From Octopus vulgaris (taxonomy: Eukaryota), in NCBI GenBank assembly GCA_951406725.2, contig OX597825.1, forward strand, positions 73,780,001 through 73,844,000: a stretch of 64,000 bases of DNA, given 5' to 3'. Positions 54,955 through 64,000 of the stretch are shown here, piece by piece; the first letter of the stretch is position 1; every line of letters begins with the position of its first letter. The position numbers and the translations under genes are program-made. The notes under the pieces are model-generated. The model saw only the letters and a list, made by a program, of their open reading frames with translations. It had not been told where the DNA came from and did no database searches.

Positions 54955-55819
54955 CATACATACATGCGATATATACATATGGACGGACGAACGTACATAA
55001 ATACATCCGTACAGACACATGCATATACACCTACGCATACACGGAAATAAGGAGAAATCTTTGAAATGTCAGAAAGTCTCAAGTGTGATGCTAAATACAA
55101 TAACGTCCGCCAGGGGACTGTAATAGTTTGTGAAACGATTCTGAAGTTCAACAGGTTAAAAGTACAATAAAAGATGCTTAAATTTTAATGAAGGACTTAT
55201 AATATATTGCTTAATGAAGTTTCTTATTGATTAATCAGTTTATTATGAGAATTGAAAGGCGAAAACATATAAAGCTATTAAATCAAAGACGTAAAATAAA
55301 ATAAAAACAATACCAAGCAGACAACTATATAACTAGCTGCTCTCATTCTTACTCTCTCTATTTCTATACCCCACCTTTCTTTCTCTCTGCATGCGTTTGT
55401 GCGTGTCTGTGTGTCTGTGTGTGAGTGTTTATGATCGTACGTAGCATAGGTTATCAGTGATGTTACGACTTAGATAAATACGGTCATAATTGGAGAAGCC
55501 ATTGTCGAGATGAGAACAGAATGTCCAGGTGGAATAACGGGGTGGAACAAAGCAAATAATGCAATAAAAAAAAGAAAGAAACGACAGAACAATGGAGAAA
55601 TGTATACATTCTGAATAAGTTCAGTTTAGAGGAAGGAAAAATTAAATAAAGTTTTTGACGTTTCAGACAATGGTCGTTCATCAAAATCAGACAAGAATGG
55701 GGAAAACATTAAAATAATGATGTGTGACTGCAATTACTTTGCTTATAGGTGTGTCTATGCAAACAACTACTTCTACACAGGTATATTTCTCACTTTCTCT
55801 ATTTTCACACCGCCACACA

Positions 55820-55886
<67 letters not shown>

Positions 55887-56879
55887 TCACACACGTAAAT
55901 ATACATATATAGAAATACATATCTTTTATCTTATATTGTTTCAGTCACTAGACTGCGACCAAGCTGGACCACCGTTTAGAAGAATTTTTAGTCGAGTAAA
56001 CCGACTGAAATATACTTATGATTTTTAAAGCCTTGGGCTTATTTTATCGGTCACTAATGCCGAAACGCTACGTTACATGGGCATAAACTCTCCAACACCT
56101 GTTGTCAGGCAGTGGTGGGGGACAGATACAGACACACATACATACATGCATACATACATACATACATATATACATACATACATACATACATACATACATA
56201 CATACACACATACACACACATATGTATGTATATGTGTCTATGTGTATATATATATGGGAAAATAGTTATATGGATCAATCACAACGCGTCTTTCAATCGA
56301 CTGTCTACGTCACGTTAGTTATGCTCGATAAGGGTTTTTGTAGAAGAGAACACCCAATATCGATAACAGCGACACAAGTGTTCCATTTTTCTTGCTATAT
56401 TCATTTCAGCTCCTACTAATAGGTGTGGCATGTACAAAATAATCATGTTCAATCTGTTAATGGATGGTTGATTATCATTTAAGAGATATTTTCTTATTGT
56501 GGAACACGAAGGAATCGATGAGGTCGAGTGGCAACAACCAGACGACCTCAACAGATAGGAAGGCCTAAAAATGAACTTTATATAAATATAACATTGTAAA
56601 CTATTCTTTAGATCTAAAACTTGTCTGAGTTTTATGTAGAACAGTGTGAGCAGTAATCTTCACTCGATTTTTTTGCTGTAGATGTGCACAAAAATTTACT
56701 GGTGTGCAAATTTTGTTTACTTTGCTAAATATATATACATCAATGCAAGCAACCATAATAATCTTTTAAGCAAATGTACACCATTTTTATGCATGCATTA
56801 TTTAAGGTTTTTGTATAAAATTATATAAATATTATTGGGATCGCCTTAAAGCCTTGAAACTTACTCTCTCCAGCGTCGC

Positions 56880-57357
56880 CGTGAGCGGTACATCATTTGT
56901 ACGATGTGGAGAATATACCACCAACTTTGCCCAAACGACCTTAACATTAGCTTCAAGGTTCATCCAAGACTGGGACCACGGGCCATACGTCCCCTGCCAA
57001 ATTCAAGATCACAACATACATGTACACTGCAACATAATTTCTTTTCCTCAACAGGCCCTGCCCTATTTAACATTTCCCCGAGGGAGATCAAAGAGGAAAA
57101 GGATCCCATCAACTTTAAACGGAGTCTGGATAGATTCCTTCAAAGAATACCAGATAAGCCACCCATAATTGGATACAACTCACCCAACAAGAACTCACTA
57201 CTTGAACAAAACTTGATACAACTCACCCAACAAGAACTTACTACTTGAACAAAACTTGACTTAAACAGGATTCGAATAATCCTATCAGGTGGTGCTATTA
57301 AGTTAGACATGGCCTGGACCAATCTTTGGTCGAAACATATCTAAGTTATCTAAGTTA
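56880..57357 (+). mobile_element. 5'-truncated LINE (CR1/L2-group-like) ORF2 C-terminus and 3' UTR
   Basis: ORF 56904-57248 contains HNFFSSTGPALFN...EIKE...FKRSLDRFLQRIPDKP, typical of a post-RT C-terminus; 3' hairpin gaccaatctttggtc and tandem atctaagtt tail. Confidence 0.7.
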
Positions 57358-58035
57358 AATATCTTCAGTATGAGAATATATTCGATTTCATCTTGAAAAT
57401 ATGTGCGTACATTTATTGTCTTTTGTTCCTCTGAGTTCTCGCTATCAAAACATATGTATGCGCGCGCACAAAGGCTCACCTTAGAGAAGAAACATTGATG
57501 TGTATCAACCTTGAAATTGAGAAACAATTCTATTTTGTGTTTACAGATTCATACCGTGTTGGATCATAAACCGAGTTGTCCTAACGGACATTGAGTTATG
57601 TTCATGACTAAGACCTTTAGCTAAGATATTTACTCTGGCTCAGTATATTTATATGTTAAAAAACAAAGGAAAGATACAATGTAGAAGAAAAACTATCAAG
57701 ACTGTAAGAAATGACTTTTAACATTATGAAGGCGACATTATAAATCCATAAATAGTCTCTTAAAAGCCAGGAATTTAGGAGGAGAAGTAAGTCGATTACA
57801 TCGGCTCCAGTAATCAGCTGGTACTTATTTTATTGAGCCAGGAAAGATTAGAGGCAAAGACGACATTGGTGGAATTTGAACTTAGAACGTAGAGCCGGAC
57901 GAAATACTTGCTAAGCATTTTATCCGGCGTGCTAATGATTTTGTTAGCTCGCCGCCTAAAATATTACAACTCTTATCAAGGTTCGAGCAACCCTCATTTG
58001 AAAATGTCACATTCCTAATACATATTAGACACAAA

Positions 58036-58407
58036 TTTCCAGTTATCACTCATGGCGATTACACATCTATCCCAGGATCATGAAAACACTTCAAAAACTG
58101 TGTCTCAATTTCAAGACTAGGTAACATACAGAATGCTGCAGGAAACCCTCCCTGTATGTATGTATGTACGTATGTATGTATGTATGTATGTATGTATGTA
58201 TGTATGTATGTATGTATGTATGTATGCATGTATGCATTATGTATGTATGCATGTATGCATGTATGTATGTATGTATGTATGTATGTATGTATGTATGTAT
58301 GTATGCATGTATGCATATGTATGCATGTATGCATGTATGTATGTATGTATGTATGTATGTATGTATGTATGTATGTATGTATGTATGCATGCATGCATGC
58401 ATGTACA

Positions 58408-58468
<61 letters not shown>

Positions 58469-58720
58469 ATATATCAAAAAGAAAATAGTTATATGGATAA
58501 ATTACAACGCGTCTTTCGTCACTGTCCATGTCACGTAAGTTATGCTCGATCAGGGTTGTTGTGGAAGAGAATATCCTATATCGATAGACACAACGTCCCA
58601 GTTATCACTCCTGTCCCAGGATCACGACAGCACTTAAAATACTATGTCTCAATTTCAAGACTAAATAACATCTGCAAGGAACATTAACATATACAGAGTG
58701 CGGCAGAAAACCCTTCTTCC
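58036..58720 (+). repeat. Diverged direct duplication flanking a TATG/TATC tract
   Basis: ccagttatcactc...cccaggatca...gtctcaatttcaagacta at ~58039-58150 and ~58598-58715; 58480-58590 also resembles 56258-56370. Confidence 0.7.
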
Positions 58721-59212
58721 TCTTACACGGCCATTGGTGTGGCATTAGAGAAGTTAGGCAAGTGTAAATGGTTTCCTCATCTAGCTAATGGCTTATCGTA
58801 GAAAAAATGGTTAATATTGAATTTTTTTGTGGCACCCTACATCTCTAGAAGTTGCTTAACGATTTTAAGCAGTGTAAACTTACCAAACATACACTCACAT
58901 ATTCTTATACACACATAAGCACTCTTACTATGAGAAGATACACACAGTTTTTGTACCGAAAAAAAAGGGAATTATAGAAAGTCCAAAAATCGGTGGTTTG
59001 GAACTTTGATTCATGTCGATATTCTGATAAAGACCTACTAAAAGACATCTGATTCTTCAACTACGGCTTAGTGCCACACACTAACCATCTACATCTACAT
59101 TGCAAAGGAGACAATATTGCGATTGCGAATTTTACAATGATGAATTATCACGCTGACTTCAACATATCAGCTTCCAGTGCTCAGCCAATTAAACAATTTA
59201 TTCTCTACATTA

Positions 59213-59520
59213 GTGGAGGCACATGGCCTAGTGGCTTGAGCAGCGGAATCGCGGTCGAGGGAGCGCGGGTTCGAATCTTAGAACGGGCGATGTGTGTATT
59301 TATGAGCGAAACACCTGAGCTCCACGCGGCTCCGGCAGAGGGTAATGGCGAACTTCTGCTGGCTCTTTCGCCACAACTTTCTCCCACTCTTTCCTCCTGC
59401 ATCTTGCAGCTCACAAGCGACGGACCGGCGTCCCGTTCGGGTGGGGAATCTATACGCCAAGGAAACCAGGAAACCGGGAAACCGGCCCTTATGAACCAGG
59501 CGCGGCTCGAGAAAGAGCAA
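59213..59520 (+). mobile_element. Diverged SINE family C
   Basis: gtggaggcacatggcctagtgg head; ggaaaccgggaaaccggccc tail. Confidence 0.75.
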
Positions 59521-60156
59521 ACAATTTTCTGCATTAACGTGGCCGAGTATTCCATAGTTGCGTGTTCCCTTAACGTAATTCTCAGATAGAATCGGCTTGA
59601 CGCAGTGTGACCAGGGCTAGACATTCGCCTCACTAGTACAGTCCATCCGATGGCCCTCTATACAGTTTCCATCAACCCAAATTAACCCACAAGGCTTCTG
59701 TCGACCCTAGACTGAAATAATTGTCATTACCCAAGATGCCACACAGTGGAATCCAACGCATGACCTTGTGTTTGCAAAGTAAGCTTCCTAATCATTCAAT
59801 CATGCAATGCAATGCCACAATATGTCGCTATATTGCATCAGTGTCAGCTGCAGTGGACGTTGCTGGAAGACAACAGCTGCAATAATATCGAACAGGCAGT
59901 AATAGCGATCGACAAAAGAGTAAGGACGTTTGTGCGAGATTAATACGATTACTGCTGTGTTTGATGTTTGCAAGTCTATAGATTGATGGAAGTATAAATA
60001 GCTAGAAATAGCCAATAAATAACAGTTGTGCAGTGGAAGATTTTGTAAAACTATGAAATACTTAAGAGGCGACATAGAATAGTGTGGTGTGACGAAACGA
60101 GGAGATGTATGAGGCAGTCGATTTTAGATGGAGATTATATATTTCCACAAAATAAA

Positions 60157-60590
60157 GCGGCGAGCTGGCAGAAACGTTAGCACGCCGGACGAAATGCGTA
60201 GCCGTATTTCGTCTGTCGTTACGTTCCGAGTTCAAATTCCGCCGAGGTCGACTTTTGCCTTTCATCCTTTCGGGATCGATAAATTAAGTTCCAGTTACGC
60301 ACTGGGATCGATGTAATCGACTTAATCCGTTTGTCTGTCCTTGTTTGGCCCCATCTACATTTAGCCCCTTGTGGGCAATAAAGAAATAAGAAACGTTAGC
60401 ACGCCAGGCGAAATGCGTAGCCGTATTTCGTCTGCCGTTGCGTTCCGAGTTCAAATTCCGCCGAGGTCGACTTTGCCTTTCATCCTTTAGGGGTCGATAA
60501 ATTAAGTACCAGTTACGCACTGGGGTCGATATAATCGACTTAATCCCTTTGTCTGTCCTTGTTTGTCCCCTCTGTGTTTAGTAAAGAAAT
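60157..60590 (+). mobile_element. SINE family B dimer
   Basis: Two head-to-tail units. Confidence 0.85.
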
Positions 60591-60788
60591 ATATATATAT
60601 CCACAAAATTAAGAAAAACAGAGGTTATTCCAGCAATGGTGCAACGATAAGTAGACTGAAAAGGACAGTTTGGAAAATAGTGAAATAATTTTAGCGTTAA
60701 TACCCTAGAAATACCCGTTTGATGCGATTCAGATTATGAATATGTAGTTACTTTTTTGTTAGTAGGTAAGTATTTTAGGGTGGTTCAG

Positions 60789-61138
60789 CCCTTTAATATT
60801 TAAACAGGCCAAATCAGACACAAATATTCTACCTCCTTTATGCTCTAACTAGTCAAGTCTAAACTGTCACACTGAACCTAAAAAGGTAATTTTGAGAATA
60901 TACAATCATATCATTGAAATGTTGGAGCTTTTACTTGTTTCAGTCATTTGACTGCGGCCATGCAGGAGCACCGCCTTTAGTCGAGCAAATCGACCTCAGG
61001 AGTTATTCTTTGTAAGCCTAGTACTTATTCTATCGGTCTCTTTTTGCCGAACCGCTAAGTTACAGGGACGTAAACACACCACCATCGGTTATCAAGCGAT
61101 GTTGGGGGGACAAACACAGACACACAAACACACACACA

Positions 61139-61230
<92 letters not shown>

Positions 61231-61470
61231 GATGGGCTTCTTTCAGTTTCCGTCTACCAAATCCACTCACAAGGCTTCTATAGTAGAAGACAGTTGCCCA
61301 AGGTGCCACGCAGTGGGACTGAACCCGGAACCATGTGGTTGGTAAGCAAGCTACTTACCACACAGCCACTCCTACACCTAAAACAAGATTGTGACACAAT
61401 GCATGATTGATTCAAAACATTATGAATAAATAAGCATTATATTTGACAGTGTAATCTAAATTCTAAAGGG
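60789..61470. mobile_element. piggyBac-type MITE containing a SINE
   Basis: Termini ccctttaatattta ... taaattctaaaggg|ttaa; left TTAA degenerate. Confidence 0.55.
60928..61379 (-). mobile_element. SINE family A nested in a piggyBac-like MITE
   Basis: Reverse-complement family A copy. Confidence 0.85.
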
Positions 61471-61985
61471 TTAATTAAATTGCAGATAATCAACAGCCAT
61501 TCGGGTTCATTGTGTATACAACTAGTTAATTCCTTGTTTGTCCCCTCTATGTTTAGCCCCTTGTGGGCAATAAAGAAATAAGGTGAACAACGTTTCCACC
61601 CTTCTCTATTCTCAACTAAGAAAATAATCTCGATGTATCAGAATTTGCTATCAAAATTACTGACATTTATTTGTGGTTTTACAAACTATGAACATGGCAT
61701 CTGTGATGTCGAAATAACAACTGTTGACTTTCATGTTTATATCAATTTTATATCGTTCTATAATAATATTAATTTGTTCTTAATATCATGCCATTATTTA
61801 GGGCTGCGAGAAGGCAGGATGGTTAGCACGCCTGGCAAAATGCTTTGCCGCATTTCGTCCATCTTTACGTTCAGAGTTCAAATTCCGCCGAGGTCCATTT
61901 TGCTTTTCATCCTTTCATCCTGGGGGTTCGATAAAATAAGTACCAGAAATGATTATAAATCTCCACCCATGTTAAAAACCTGTAG

Positions 61986-62435
61986 CTACCCCTTTGAAAT
62001 GATTAAAGTCCACAAGATGAAAGATTAGAATGTGGCACACACATACACACGTGTATGTAAATACATACACGCACATACACACGCATAAACTTATATATGT
62101 ATAAACACATAGGAACATATATATGTGTATATATATATATATATATGTACCAGTGTATGTAAACGGGGGAGTTATAAATAATGGTATATTGGCTTTGTTT
62201 TTTTGGCACAAGGCCAGCAATTTCTGGGTGTAAGTGACGAATTGCATCACATTGTATGCTATACCTACCCCTTTGAAATGATTAAAGTCCACAAGATGAA
62301 AGATTAGAATGTGGCAGGTATAGCATACAATGTGATGCAATTCGTCACTTACACCCAGAAATTGCTGGCCTTGTGCCAAAAAAACAAAGCCAATATACCA
62401 TTATTTATAACTCCCCCGTTTACATACACTGGTAC

Positions 62436-62466
<31 letters not shown>

Positions 62467-62553
62467 TATGTTCCTATGTGTTTATACATATATAAGTTTA
62501 TGCGTGTGTATGTGCGTGTATGTATTTACATACACGTGTGTGTATGTGTGTGC
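61986..62553. repeat. Direct-plus-inverted duplication (A-B-A-B')
   Basis: 52-bp A at 61986-62037 and 62265-62316; ~230-bp B (62038-62266) is reverse complemented at 62316-62553. Confidence 0.9.
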
Positions 62554-62598
62554 ATGTTTTTATCAAACAGATCAAACTTGAACATAGTCGTGATTTTG

Positions 62599-62654
<56 letters not shown>

Positions 62655-62657
<3 letters not shown>

Positions 62658-62960
62658 CGTGATCACCGTGACCGACTAGGCTAACAGATGTTGTTAAACA
62701 TCGCTGTTCACAATGCGCTTCGCATTGTTTTAGCCTTCAAATAACACCACCCCGCTGGCTAAGCGAGCAGGCCAACAGAAGAAAGACTGAGAGAAAGTTG
62801 TAGTGAAAGAGTACAGCAGAGATCGCCACCCACCCCCACTGCCGGAGCTTCGTGGAGCTTTAAATGTTTTCGCTCAATAAACACTCACAACGCCCGGTCT
62901 GAGAATCGAAACTGCGATCCTACAACCGCAAGCCCTAACCACTGGGCCATTGCGCTTCCA
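62655..62960 (-). mobile_element. SINE family C head with a third tail type
   Basis: Head matches family C; the 3' part (62655-62780) differs. Confidence 0.7.
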
Positions 62961-63020
62961 CATACACTGTCTCACACACATATATATGTATATGTATATA
63001 CACTCCCACACACACACGGA

Positions 63021-63063
<43 letters not shown>

Positions 63064-63070
63064 TCACAAA

Positions 63071-63101
<31 letters not shown>

Positions 63102-63925
63102 CACACGCACACACATATATATATATACGCATACATTCACTCAACAAAGCTTCATTATAAAATTCTTATGCAATATCAAATCGTTATAAATTCTGTTCTG
63201 TAGACGAAAGAATTAATTTGTTAAGGACATTTAAAAGAAAGCTGCATCTATTTCAACGCCATCGATCAAAGCATTCATTAAAAATAATTAATAACTACAT
63301 CAAATATATTTTACGAGGACACATGTAAAGAGATTAATGTATTCAGCTAAATCTCGTTCTATGGATGATCTGAGGGTCAGGTTAACTAATCTGATTCAGA
63401 ATATATCTGTAAACCAGTTGCCTTAATTAGAATAGACTCACAGTTTGGACACTGAAAAATTTCAGGAATAAATATATTGATTTCAAATTTTGGCACAAGG
63501 CCAGCAATTATGTGGAAGCTGGGGAGGGCGGGTAGGTGGATTGGATCGAACCCCAGTGCTCAGCTGGTATCTATTTTAATTCTTTCTACTATAGGCACAA
63601 GGCCTGGATCTTGTTGGGAGGGGGATGGTCGATCACATCGACCCCAGTACTTGACTGGTACTTAATTTATCGATCCTGAAAGGACGGAAGGCAAAGTCGA
63701 CATACGTACATACAGACATAAATCCATACATACCCACATATATGTATACATTTGGATATATATTTTATACGCATGTATGTATATGAAAGCATGTATATCT
63801 GCATGTATGCACGAGAATACAGCTGTACGCCACTTCACACTATAATACGTATGTATGTATGTATGTATGTATGTATGTATGTATGTATGTATGTATGTTT
63901 GTATGTATGTATGTATGTATGTATG

Positions 63926-63984
<59 letters not shown>

Positions 63985-64000
63985 TGTATGTATGTGCATG

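Overview
Eukaryotic, extremely microsatellite- and SINE-rich genomic DNA. The SINE families and repeat landscape point to an octopus or other coleoid cephalopod (inference). I can support one host protein-coding segment: a giant minus-strand coding exon (ATG 49684 to GT donor after 45398; 4287 nt, 1429 codons) of a small-conductance Ca2+-activated K+ channel (SK/KCNN). It encodes about 1,390 aa of mostly low-complexity N-terminus followed by the conserved pre-S1/S1 segment. I found no further SK exon in 1-45397, so that stretch appears to be one intron longer than 45 kb. Almost all other listed ORFs are microsatellite or SINE artefacts. The intron and upstream region contain several tRNA-derived SINE families, non-autonomous Helitron-, piggyBac-, hAT- and pogo-like elements, a LINE 3' fragment and minisatellites. 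The main hidden signal is a set of about 8 type I hammerhead ribozyme (HHR) motifs, read by eye. Most have the short palindromic stem III typical of Penelope-like elements and retrozymes. They include a U3-A8 covariant core (6594-6636), a canonical copy (36569-36619) and a copy inside a ~53-bp inverted repeat 2.5 kb from the SK donor (42801-42940). Three of them are sense to the SK pre-mRNA. No searches or folding programs were run, and repeat boundaries are approximate.
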